Source of the DNA: an uncultured Bdellovibrionales bacterium
Lineage (GTDB): Bacteria > Patescibacteriota > Minisyncoccia > Moranbacterales > UBA1568
Assembly (NCBI GenBank): GCA_964500505.1
Contig: CAZCNN010000001.1
Coordinates: 2,621-66,620 of the forward strand
Direction of reading: 5' to 3'
Length of the DNA stretch: 64,000 nt
A model generated the notes under the pieces. The model had not been told where the DNA came from and made no database searches. It worked only from the letters and a program-made list of their open reading frames with translations. The stretch's first letter is position 1, and each line of letters starts with the position of its first letter. Shown piece after piece: positions 1 to 8,492 of the stretch. Both the position numbers and the translations under genes were made by a program.

Positions 1-39
1 CCTGCTAATTTGCCTACTCAGGACCTTGAATAACCGCCT

Positions 40-2157
40 ATGGGTGCACAAAACGACGTTACCTTTTTTGCCAAGACCAACTTCCGCAATGCGGAGCGCG
101 TCTTTGGTATCAAGCAAGATGATCGGCGCCGACATATGTACGTCATCGGTAAGACCGGTATGGGGAAGACTAACCTCCTCGAGAATTTGGCTATCCAGGA
201 TATCCAGAAGGGGCATGGCATCGCCTTTATTGATCCGCACGGCGATACAGCTGAGAAGCTCATCAAGGCTATTCCCTCGAATCGAATCAATGATGTCATC
301 TACTTTAATCCAGCTGATCAGGACTTTCCTATCGCGTTCAATGTCATGGAAAAGGTCAGTCCAGAGTACCGGCACTTGGTGGCGTCTGGTCTCGTCGGTG
401 TGTTCAAGAAAATCTGGGCAGATTCTTGGGGGCCACGACTCGAATATATCTTGCGCAATGCCATCTTGGGACTCCTCGAGTATCCCGGGAGTACGCTCCT
501 TGGCGTGACGCGTATCCTCGTCGACAAATCCTATCGCGACCGGGTGGTCGAGAAAATTACTGACCCGGTGGTGCGATCGTTTTGGGTAGATGAATTCTCC
601 AAGTGGGACCCTCGCGTCCTCCAGGAAGTGATCTCGCCAATCCAGAACAAGGTCGGACAGTTTCTCTCGAGTGCTCTCATCCGTAATATCGTCGGTCAGA
701 CGGTATCATCTTTTGACGTGCGCAAGATCATGGATGAGCGCAAGATTCTCATCATGAACCTGTCCAAAGGACGCCTCGGTGAGGACAACAGTGCGCTCCT
801 CGGTGCCATGATGATCACCAAGATCCAGCTCGCAGCTATGGGTCGTGTCGATATTCCGGAGGAGACACGCGCCGACTTTTATCTCTACGTCGATGAGTTC
901 CAGAACTTTGCGACGGAGTCATTTGCTAACATTCTCTCTGAGGCTCGTAAGTATCACCTGAACCTCATCCTGGCCAATCAGTACGTGACCCAGATCCAAG
1001 AGGAAGTGCGTGATGCTATCTTTGGAAACGCCGGGAGCATCATCTCTTTTCGGGTGGGCGCCATGGATGCCGAATTTCTGGAGAAGGAGTACGAACCAGT
1101 CTTTATGATGAATGACATCGTCAATCTCCCCAAGTATCACATCTACTTGAAGCTCATGATTGATGGTATTGCGGGGGATGCCTTTAGCGCGACCGTGCTC
1201 CCACCGATCAAGATCGAGGGTGATCCCGAGACAGAAGCCAAAATTATCAATAGTTCACGTGAACGCTATACCTCCAAAAAAGAAGATGTCGAAGAAAAGA
1301 TTCGTCGGTGGAGTGGCATGCTCACGCCCGAGGAGCGTCAGGCCTTGGTCCAGACGGTGACTTCTGCACAAAGTGGAAGTGCCAAACCAGCTCCTGCACC
1401 AGTTGCTTCTCGACCTGCTCCTGTCTCACGACCGAGACCAGCACCCGCTACTCCTCGGCCAGCTCCCAAATCACCTGTTCAAACTCGACCTGTGCCGAAA
1501 TCTGAGCCCAAGCCCGTCGCCTCTCAGCAGGCGCCACCGATGCCTCCCAAGCCAGTCACGGCGCCCGAACCATCAAAGCATGAAGTCGTGTATACTCCGG
1601 ACGAGGCCACCGCAGTCCTAGAGGCCGTGGTGCCTGAAAAACCTGTCGCGGTAGTGCCGGCATTTACCCCTCCTATGGCTCCCAAGAAAGAACCATTCAT
1701 GAAAGAGGATGTTCCTGTGGCATCACCAGTGGAGGAACCGGAGGTGAGAGAGGATGATACGGTAGACATCGTTGAGGCAGTCGCACCGGTAGAAAAGCCG
1801 ATGTATGATGCCGTCTGTGCCACCTGTGAAACCCCAATTCAAGTACCATTCGTACCAGATGGGAGTCGGCCGACCTTTTGCAAAGACTGTCTCAGAGATT
1901 ATCAGCGAGCGACCGCCAAAGCCAGGAATGAAATCGAACAAAAGCAGGTCCGGGAGACTCCACGTCCGGCACCCGCACCATTACCAGCACCCGCACGACC
2001 AGCCGTCAAACGTCCGGCCTATGTCCCCACGGAACAGCCGATGTCTCTCGCTCAGACTCGACACATCGAGCCCAAGAAATTCAAAGCGCTCAAAAAGCGA
2101 CAACCAGACCTCGGTGGTATCCGAGCTCTCATAGATACGGCCAAAAGAGAGTCATAG
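40..2157 (+). CDS. VirD4/TraG/TraD-like P-loop ATPase with a Pro-rich low-complexity tail and C-terminal CxxC...CxxC zinc ribbon
   Basis: Walker A GKTGMGKT and Walker B YLYVDEFQNF are present. The N-terminal half resembles type IV coupling-protein / DUF87 ATPases. Residues about 445-520 are PAPAP/RPAP repeats. The C-terminal tail reads CATCETPIQVPFVPDGSRPTFCKDC. Confidence 0.55.
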   Translation: MGAQNDVTFFAKTNFRNAERVFGIKQDDRRRHMYVIGKTGMGKTNLLENLAIQDIQKGHGIAFIDPHGDTAEKLIKAIPSNRINDVIYFNPADQDFPIAFNVMEKVSPEYRHLVASGLVGVFKKIWADSWGPRLEYILRNAILGLLEYPGSTLLGVTRILVDKSYRDRVVEKITDPVVRSFWVDEFSKWDPRVLQEVISPIQNKVGQFLSSALIRNIVGQTVSSFDVRKIMDERKILIMNLSKGRLGEDNSALLGAMMITKIQLAAMGRVDIPEETRADFYLYVDEFQNFATESFANILSEARKYHLNLILANQYVTQIQEEVRDAIFGNAGSIISFRVGAMDAEFLEKEYEPVFMMNDIVNLPKYHIYLKLMIDGIAGDAFSATVLPPIKIEGDPETEAKIINSSRERYTSKKEDVEEKIRRWSGMLTPEERQALVQTVTSAQSGSAKPAPAPVASRPAPVSRPRPAPATPRPAPKSPVQTRPVPKSEPKPVASQQAPPMPPKPVTAPEPSKHEVVYTPDEATAVLEAVVPEKPVAVVPAFTPPMAPKKEPFMKEDVPVASPVEEPEVREDDTVDIVEAVAPVEKPMYDAVCATCETPIQVPFVPDGSRPTFCKDCLRDYQRATAKARNEIEQKQVRETPRPAPAPLPAPARPAVKRPAYVPTEQPMSLAQTRHIEPKKFKALKKRQPDLGGIRALIDTAKRES

Positions 2158-2343
2158 CCACTACTCCCTGTTGTCGGCGAGCCTCTTTTTTGTTACCATA
2201 GGGAAGTAAATTGTGACTGCGCCCTATGAGTTTTCGTCGGTATCATAAAAAAATTTATGCAGTCTGGGTCGTGGTTTCAGTTTTTGTCGTGGTTTCGATG
2301 ATTGCCTTTCTTTTTGCGCCCTTTTTCATGTATTAGTTTCTCT

Positions 2344-2727
2344 ATGAAGAGTCGATACTGGCTTCGGGCAGGACTGGTGGGTATTGCGGTCTTAATCGCG
2401 TGGGCCGTCTATATCTCTTCGAAGCAACTGACACGTAATGAGCGCATCGAGAGTGAGGTAGAGATGCTGCGGATGGAGGCTGACAAGATTCGTCGTGAAA
2501 ACGAAACACTCCATGAAAAGATTAGCTATTTCTCCACAGCAGATTTTCAAGAACAAGAGGCCAAGGAGAAGCTCGGGATGAAGAAAGAGCACGAAGAAGT
2601 AGTCGTGATCAAGGAACGACCCGAAGAGATAGCGACTGCACCAGGCGTGGAGCGGAAACCGGCGAGAGTAACTGTCGAAACACCGCCGTATCGTCAATGG
2701 TTTGAACTTTTTTTTAGTGCACCCTAG
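2344..2727 (+). CDS. FtsB/DivIC-like septum formation initiator (single TM plus coiled coil)
   Basis: An N-terminal TM (LVGIAVLIAWAVYI) is followed by a heptad coiled coil. The C-terminal motif EAKEKLGMKKEHEEVVVI matches the FtsB/DivIC E..AR..LGM.K.GE.V pattern. The start is taken at the internal ATG, not the upstream TTG used by the ORF track. Confidence 0.55.
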   Translation: MKSRYWLRAGLVGIAVLIAWAVYISSKQLTRNERIESEVEMLRMEADKIRRENETLHEKISYFSTADFQEQEAKEKLGMKKEHEEVVVIKERPEEIATAPGVERKPARVTVETPPYRQWFELFFSAP

Positions 2728-2729
2728 GT

Positions 2730-3776
2730 ATGAAAACTCCTTTCCCCAAACTGCGTTGGTCGACCGCTCTCTACGGCGTGCTGGCTTTGGTGACTCTCCT
2801 ATTGGTAGTGAGCCTCATCATGGTGTATTTCATGCCACGCACATTTCCTCGTCTTGAGTCGCTCATCAATCGGAGTCCGTATCCAGTGGCTATCGTCGGA
2901 TACCGGGGTGCGATTACCTTTCGGGAGTTGTCATCCAACATGGAGTCCATCCGGCGATTTTATGAGAATCAAGATTTCTCCCAAGTCGGTCTCCGGGTGG
3001 ATTTTTCGACCGATGAAGGCAAGAAGCGTCTCAAGGTACGAGAAAAAGAAGTCTTAAACAAGATGATTGAGGATGAGTCGATCATGATACTCGCTAAGAA
3101 ACGGGGTATCTTTGTCAGTCCCGAGACGGCTCGTCAGGGAGTGGCTCGCAAGCTCGAGGAGTATGGCAATAGCCGGGAAGTCGCCGAGAGTCTCAAACGC
3201 CTCTATGGCTGGACGCTCAGTGATTTTGAACAGAAAGTAGTCCTCCCGAGCCTCTACGAAGAAAAGCTGTACGAGAGCTTTACCAAAGAAGTCGATATAG
3301 CATCAGCCGCCAAGAACAAAATAGAGGAGGCAGCCCTCGCGCTCCGAGAAGGTCGGGATTTTGACGAGACTGTTGAGCAGTACTCAGACGGACAGTCGAA
3401 AACCAAGGGTGGAGACCTCGGTTGGTTTGCCATCGAGGATCTCGCACCAGAGCTCCGGAGTGCTGTGGCGACGCAAAAGATAGGCGTCCCCGGGAGTGTC
3501 ATCGAGAGTAGTCTCGGGTTTCACATCGTTCTGGTAGAGGAACTCCGCGAGGAAAAAGGGGGGCGTCTCTATCGTATCAGTCAGATTTTTGCCCGCAAGA
3601 ATACTTTTGGGGATTGGCTCTCAGAGCAGATGAAGGGTCTTTCGATTATGGCTCTTGACCCACTCTATCGTTTTGACGCTGAGACGGCTCGAGTAGAATT
3701 CCGCGACCCCGCTTGGCAGGAGTTCGAGAAGTCCCTTCTCGAGAAGGCCGCTGGGGATGCATCTTTCTTCTTTTAG
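2730..3776 (+). CDS. Membrane-anchored parvulin-type peptidyl-prolyl isomerase (PrsA/SurA-like foldase)
   Basis: An N-terminal TM anchor is followed by a PpiC/rotamase core (GGDLGWFAIEDLAPEL...GFHIVLVEE). Confidence 0.6.
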   Translation: MKTPFPKLRWSTALYGVLALVTLLLVVSLIMVYFMPRTFPRLESLINRSPYPVAIVGYRGAITFRELSSNMESIRRFYENQDFSQVGLRVDFSTDEGKKRLKVREKEVLNKMIEDESIMILAKKRGIFVSPETARQGVARKLEEYGNSREVAESLKRLYGWTLSDFEQKVVLPSLYEEKLYESFTKEVDIASAAKNKIEEAALALREGRDFDETVEQYSDGQSKTKGGDLGWFAIEDLAPELRSAVATQKIGVPGSVIESSLGFHIVLVEELREEKGGRLYRISQIFARKNTFGDWLSEQMKGLSIMALDPLYRFDAETARVEFRDPAWQEFEKSLLEKAAGDASFFF

Positions 3777-3813
3777 TCATCGTATCTTCCACTGGAGCCA
3801 ATAACATCTAACT

Positions 3814-5094
3814 TTGACACCTATGGAACAACCCACACCTGCTCCTCTCACAGAGATTTCTCCCGAACCCACTTCGCAGCCACCAGTAACCCCGCGCCTC
3901 AGTCGGGGCCAGGTTACGGCACTCTTTGTACTCACCCTGCTTTCGGGCCTCGTCGGGGGACTCGCGGCTCCGTATCTCTCCGCTCAATGGGGGCGCTTTT
4001 TTCCGGGGGGAGATAGGGAGTCAAAACCAGCGCTCAGTGCCGAACAGATACGCGTCGTGGCTGAGGACAATGTCGTAGCGGATTTGGTTGAGCAGACTTC
4101 GCCCGGAGTCGTTAGTATCGTTATCAGCAAAGATGTACCCAAAGTACGGAGTTTTTTTGGCAACCCATTTGGTTTTCCTTTTGCTGATCCGTTTGGGACT
4201 GATGGGAATAGCGCGGGACAGACCCAAAAGCAGCGAGTGGGGAGTGGTTCGGGCTTCTTTGTATCGACCGATGGCCTCATCGTTACCAACAAGCATGTCG
4301 TTTCGGATGAACAGGCAGAGTATACGGTTATTTCTGGTGATGGGACCGAGTATCCGGCCAAGGTACTGGCTCGCGATCCGAGTAACGATATCGCTCTCAT
4401 CAAAATTGAAGGGAACAATTTTCCGGTTCTGCCTCTCGGTGATTCAGATCGGATCCGGGTGGGAGAGACTATCATCGCTATCGGCAATCCACTGGGTGAA
4501 TTTGAGAACTCGGTCAGTCGCGGGATTATCTCGGGCCTCAAGCGCAGTCTCGAGGCCGGTTCTGGGCGAGGGGATTCGGAGCATCTTTCGGGTATCATCC
4601 AGATTGATGCCGCCATCAACCCAGGGAATTCTGGTGGACCACTCCTCAACCTTTCGGGGGAGGTGGTAGGAGTGAACGTTGCTATGGCGCAGGGTGCCGA
4701 AAACATAGGCTTTTCACTCCCGATCAATCAGGTCAAGCGTATTGTCGAGCAGGTTCGTACGACGGGCAAGATGAGCTTCCCGTATCTCGGCGTCCGGACG
4801 ATTACACTGAATGAGGAGCTCAAGAAAAAGACCAGTCTCCCGTTTGATTACGGCGCGCTCGTTCTCCGTGGCGAGACCATGACGGATTTCGCGGTGGTAC
4901 CAGGGTCACCGGCTGACAAAGCGGGTATCGTCGAAAATGATATCCTCCTTGAGATTAACGGGGAAAGGATTGATGAGGAGCACAGTCTCATCGGCTTTAT
5001 GGGTCGCTACGCAGTGGGGGATGAGATTACCGTCAAGCTTTGGCACAAGGGTGAGACAAAAGATATCCAGGTTCGACTTGAGGAACGACAATAA
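3814..5094 (+). CDS. HtrA/DegP family serine protease with C-terminal PDZ domain
   Basis: A trypsin-like core carries the catalytic triad motifs TNKHVV (His), NDIALIKI (Asp) and GNSGGPLLN (Ser). A Pro-rich N-terminus and TM precede it and a PDZ-like tail follows. Confidence 0.8.
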   Translation: MTPMEQPTPAPLTEISPEPTSQPPVTPRLSRGQVTALFVLTLLSGLVGGLAAPYLSAQWGRFFPGGDRESKPALSAEQIRVVAEDNVVADLVEQTSPGVVSIVISKDVPKVRSFFGNPFGFPFADPFGTDGNSAGQTQKQRVGSGSGFFVSTDGLIVTNKHVVSDEQAEYTVISGDGTEYPAKVLARDPSNDIALIKIEGNNFPVLPLGDSDRIRVGETIIAIGNPLGEFENSVSRGIISGLKRSLEAGSGRGDSEHLSGIIQIDAAINPGNSGGPLLNLSGEVVGVNVAMAQGAENIGFSLPINQVKRIVEQVRTTGKMSFPYLGVRTITLNEELKKKTSLPFDYGALVLRGETMTDFAVVPGSPADKAGIVENDILLEINGERIDEEHSLIGFMGRYAVGDEITVKLWHKGETKDIQVRLEERQ

Positions 5095-5096
5095 GT

Positions 5097-5852
5097 ATGG
5101 TATTTCACTTTGCGGTCTTTTTTTGGAGTATTGTCTTCTTTGTCGGCTTGGAATTGGTGGCGCAGAGTCCGACACTCGCGACGTGGAGCTGGTACCTCAT
5201 GACGATTGTCCCACTCATCGTCGTCTCACTCATAGCCAGTCGGCGGCTGACGGAGCGCTTTACGGATGCCTTTATCCCGGTGCTCCTCTCTATCTCGTCA
5301 CCGACCCTTCTGTCGCTCATCGATAGTGAGAGAGAGCGTCACGTCTTTGTGGCGCTCTCTTCGGTCATGTACTATTTTGCGCTCCTCGGCAATTATCGCC
5401 TCCGTCACGCCCCTAAGGACAAAACGGCTGAGGCCTTTCTCAATGCGGCTGCTATGGCCGCTCTGTTCTTTTACTACGCTGGACTCTACGGGTTCTACCT
5501 CAATTTTTCTTTCCCACTCTGGGGCTTGATGGGGCTCTACTTTCTCGGCGCCACCTTTACGAGCTACGAGACCTTTATGACCGTCGATCAGCAGGAGCGT
5601 CGGCGTGTCCTCCTCTACAGTGTTCTCCTCGGGCTCATTATGGGGGAGATGGCCTGGGTGATGAGCCTCTGGCCGTTTGGGTATCTCACGACTGGAGCGC
5701 TCGGGACCCTCTTTTTCTTTCTCGTGTGGGACATCGCTTTTGACGCTTTTCGTGAAACCCTCTCTCTCAAAAAAGCCACCGTTCGCATCCTTTTCTTTCT
5801 GGGTCTTATTCTCCTGCTCTTACTCAGCTCACCTTGGCGGATTTTGGTGTAA
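5097..5852 (+). CDS. Polytopic membrane protein, function unknown
   Basis: About 7 hydrophobic helices are predicted and no recognisable catalytic motif is seen. It starts 3 bp after the htrA stop, so it is likely co-transcribed. Confidence 0.45.
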   Translation: MVFHFAVFFWSIVFFVGLELVAQSPTLATWSWYLMTIVPLIVVSLIASRRLTERFTDAFIPVLLSISSPTLLSLIDSERERHVFVALSSVMYYFALLGNYRLRHAPKDKTAEAFLNAAAMAALFFYYAGLYGFYLNFSFPLWGLMGLYFLGATFTSYETFMTVDQQERRRVLLYSVLLGLIMGEMAWVMSLWPFGYLTTGALGTLFFFLVWDIAFDAFRETLSLKKATVRILFFLGLILLLLLSSPWRILV

Positions 5853-5915
5853 AGGAGGGTTGATTTTGCTGGGTCGTCCAGGAGGATTTTATTTAGGAGA
5901 AACTTCCCAACCAAA

Positions 5916-5932
5916 CAACCTTTCAAAGTACC
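5916..5932 (+). repeat. 17-nt intergenic motif CAACCTTTCAAAGTACC (copy 1)
   Basis: An exact second copy lies at 16391-16407. A 12-nt reverse-complement partial copy (TACTTTGAAAGG) lies at 6023-6034. Confidence 0.6.
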
Positions 5933-6373
5933 ATCTGGCCACCCCAGCGTGGTGACCAGATTGCTTTGAAGTCCTTACTCTTTTTCTTCCAGAAAAAACC
6001 CTGCCCGTTCAGCCTTCAAGGCTACTTTGAAAGGTGCTTGTTTGGAAGTTTCTAGTGATTCTTGGAAACACTTTTCCTTTTCTTTCCGTCGGATGCCAAA
6101 CGGTCACCCTCCGAAGGCGGGCAGGCATCCGTGATGAGCGTATCGGTAACGGTCGAGCGTGATTGACACCTCGGTACAAGACAGCTCCCCGTTCGATGAA
6201 GCGAGTCAGGGATGTTCGGTGGCATCTGTGGAAATGAAAGGGGAAAGGGTTTTTTGGAGAAACGTGTCCGCGATAGAGAGATGGTGGGGATGTTCCTTGA
6301 AGTATCAAAATCTAACAAGAAAGATGGGAATCTTGCCAGAAATGGAAAAATGTGATAGAAGTAAGAAGTCGCT

Positions 6374-7558
6374 ATGGTCAAGAATTTCCTCAAAAAAGCC
6401 ATTTTGTTGACTCTTTTCGCTCTCTGTATCCTCGTCCTCGGGGGTATCGGCGGAGTGTTTTTTGAGCGTTCACTCTTGCCTCGTCTGGCCGCATCCAACG
6501 TTTTCAGTCAGTTTCCCTTTTTTGGCGCGGCCGCTGATCGGGTGACGGTTATCAACAAGACTGAGCAGGTAGTCATCCGTGAGGATGACTCAGTGGAAAA
6601 AATCGTTTCCCAGCCAGCCACCGCTGTCGTCAATATCGTGGCCATCCCACTTCTCAAGGATGCCAAGGGGAGTGTCGCGACGCTTGGTGCTGCCGCTGAG
6701 ACGGTCGTTACTACCACGGGTGTTCTCCTCACGAACGATGGTCTCGCCGTGACGTATAGCGAAGCACCTTTTGATACCATCAAAACCAAGTACTCGATTC
6801 TCCTCTATGATGGCTCGATTCACGAAGCCATCTTTGTCGGGCGCGATGCTCTCACCAATCTATCATACTTCCGAGTGTCCGATGCCTCAAATACTCCCGC
6901 TATCGCATTCGCCAACTCCGACGATGCGCGAGTTGGTCGCAAGCTTATCGCCATCGGCAATACCTTTGCTGAGTACCAGAACCGGCTTTCGGTCGGACTC
7001 TTGGGCAATGTGAACCGGATCTTTAACCTCTCCGGGAAGACCGTCGCATCCTCTGAGAAATGGGAGGGAGTGTTCGAAATGGACCTGGCTCGACCGGAAG
7101 TTTTTGTCGGCGGACCAGTCATCGGATTTAATGGTGAGATGGTCGGTATTGTGGGCGCTCTCACGGTCAACAACGCCCTCCAGTCGTTTATCCTTCCGGC
7201 GAATGTCGTCAGAGATTCATTGAACCGGGTCATCGCTGGGTCACTCGAGAGTCGTCCGGTTCTCGGTGCATACTACCTCTCGATTACCAAGGCGCTCGCC
7301 CTTGGTCAGGGACTCTCTCGTGATCGTGGTGCTCTCATCTATTCTCGCTCTGGGACCACTGGTCTCGCCCTTATCGCTGATTCACCGGCTATGCGCGCTG
7401 GCCTCCAGGCAGGGGACATCATCATCTCAGTCAATGGGACCGAAATTAACCTCGACAACCCTCTTTCCGAGCTCGTTGCCCGTTACAACCGAGACGATAC
7501 GCTCTCTCTCGTCATCCTCCGCGCCGGCGAAGAGCGCACGCTTGAAGTAAAGTTCTAG
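6374..7558 (+). CDS. HtrA-like pseudo-protease with PDZ domain (catalytic His and Ser replaced)
   Basis: It is alignable to the upstream HtrA. The His motif is LLTNDGLAV (no His) and the Ser motif is VFVGGPVIG (no Ser). IAIGN and PDZ-like segments are retained. An N-terminal TM is present. Confidence 0.6.
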   Translation: MVKNFLKKAILLTLFALCILVLGGIGGVFFERSLLPRLAASNVFSQFPFFGAAADRVTVINKTEQVVIREDDSVEKIVSQPATAVVNIVAIPLLKDAKGSVATLGAAAETVVTTTGVLLTNDGLAVTYSEAPFDTIKTKYSILLYDGSIHEAIFVGRDALTNLSYFRVSDASNTPAIAFANSDDARVGRKLIAIGNTFAEYQNRLSVGLLGNVNRIFNLSGKTVASSEKWEGVFEMDLARPEVFVGGPVIGFNGEMVGIVGALTVNNALQSFILPANVVRDSLNRVIAGSLESRPVLGAYYLSITKALALGQGLSRDRGALIYSRSGTTGLALIADSPAMRAGLQAGDIIISVNGTEINLDNPLSELVARYNRDDTLSLVILRAGEERTLEVKF

Positions 7559-7585
7559 ACTCCTACTAGAAATCCTCTCAAAATC

Positions 7586-7609
7586 ATGGCTCTTCAGAGC
7601 CATTTTTTG
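7586..7609 (+). terminator. Rho-independent terminator
   Basis: An ATGGCTC/GAGCCAT hairpin is followed by TTTTTT. Confidence 0.6.
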
Positions 7610-7623
7610 TTGCCTACTTAGTA

Positions 7624-7652
7624 TTGACTTTTATCATAAAAAGGTGTATAAT
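7624..7652 (+). promoter_or_regulatory. Consensus sigma70-type promoter TTGACT-17-TATAAT
   Basis: TTGACT lies at 7624-7629 and TATAAT at 7647-7652 with an exact 17-nt spacer. It sits about 100 nt upstream of the 7754 ATG. Confidence 0.6.
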
Positions 7653-7753
7653 ATAAAGTTGGCTCACAAAGTCGACAGCATCATCCACGAGGGACGGTGT
7701 CATAGCTTTCCTTCACAATTTTCGTCAACGCCAATCACGACCAGGAGGTCATC

Positions 7754-8410
7754 ATGGCATCATATCGTGCTCCGGAAATGGAAGGTCTGACCACCGAGCG
7801 GACCGAAGCGCAGAAACGCGCCGAGGTCTTCCTCAAGGTCACGGCCCCGCGCGTCATCCTGATCAAGGTGTTGGCAATGGGACCCATCGCTGGTGTCCCG
7901 CGTGTCGCTCTGAATAAGGGCGATCCTGACAAGGATGGCAATGAAAAAGACCGGGACGACACCGGCATCGAGATCAAACACATTGCCGAAGCCGAGAGCC
8001 TTGGTCTTGATCCGTTCGCCTATCGTGACCGAGCCGACACCGGCCTGTGCCTCTTCCAGAAAGAGCAGAACGTCCGAGTGGACGAGCTGCTCGGGGAGAT
8101 GTGGCAGATGGGGTACGTCCTCAAGGACTACCACTGGCAAAACCAGAACAAGAAGGGCCCGGTCAATACCTTCGAGTTCATCCTCCCGCTCGATGGCGAG
8201 GAGATCGCTCCCGTCAAGTTGTCTGATGCAGCTCGCCGCACGCTGTACATGTTCTGCTTCAATCACTGCACCATCTGGTGCAACCTGAAGAAGGACAGAC
8301 ACGGCGAGTACCGCCTCGACACCATCAACTTGGCCAAGGGTCGTGAGACCGATGAGCCGAGTCGGCAGGTCCAAGTGGTGGGCAATGTCATGACCTACCG
8401 GCTGTACTGA
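7754..8410 (+). CDS. Hypothetical protein (218 aa) in a GC-rich islet
   Basis: A perfect SD (AGGAGG, 5 nt, ATG) sits upstream. A consensus sigma70 promoter lies 100 nt upstream and a hairpin terminator downstream. Local GC is about 60% against about 50% in flanking genes. I did not recognise a family. Confidence 0.5.
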   Translation: MASYRAPEMEGLTTERTEAQKRAEVFLKVTAPRVILIKVLAMGPIAGVPRVALNKGDPDKDGNEKDRDDTGIEIKHIAEAESLGLDPFAYRDRADTGLCLFQKEQNVRVDELLGEMWQMGYVLKDYHWQNQNKKGPVNTFEFILPLDGEEIAPVKLSDAARRTLYMFCFNHCTIWCNLKKDRHGEYRLDTINLAKGRETDEPSRQVQVVGNVMTYRLY

Positions 8411-8442
8411 AGGCACACGCCCCTCGCAGAGGGGCAAGACGA

Positions 8443-8480
8443 ACGGGCACCACTCCAACAGAGTCGGTGCCCGTTTAAAT
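8443..8480 (+). terminator. Hairpin terminator after the GC-rich orphan gene
   Basis: A 9-bp stem ACGGGCACC/GGTGCCCGT is followed by TTTAAATTT. It is preceded by a second GC hairpin at 8419-8435. Confidence 0.45.
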
Positions 8481-8492
8481 TTGTATACGAAA

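Noticed and set aside
2258-2296. Short tandem direct repeat GTCGTGGTTTC(A/G) occurring twice upstream of the ftsB-like gene
   Set aside because: There are only two short copies. Chance or a minor duplication is likely, and there is no supporting structure.
6096-6139. Possible SRP (4.5S) RNA: the hairpin CGGATGCC...GGCATCCG encloses UCCGAAGGCGGGCAGG, vaguely like the SRP domain IV GGAAGGAAGCAGC
   Set aside because: The match to the conserved SRP motif is poor (a missing G and a different 3' half). No convincing helix 8 tetraloop context is seen. It is kept only as part of the general sRNA-candidate region.
6052-6498. 148-aa minus-strand ORF in the 5.85-6.37-kb gap and overlapping the pseudo-HtrA start
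   Set aside because: Its composition is Arg/Pro/Ser-rich and junk-like. It overlaps a supported gene start. The region is better explained as non-coding.
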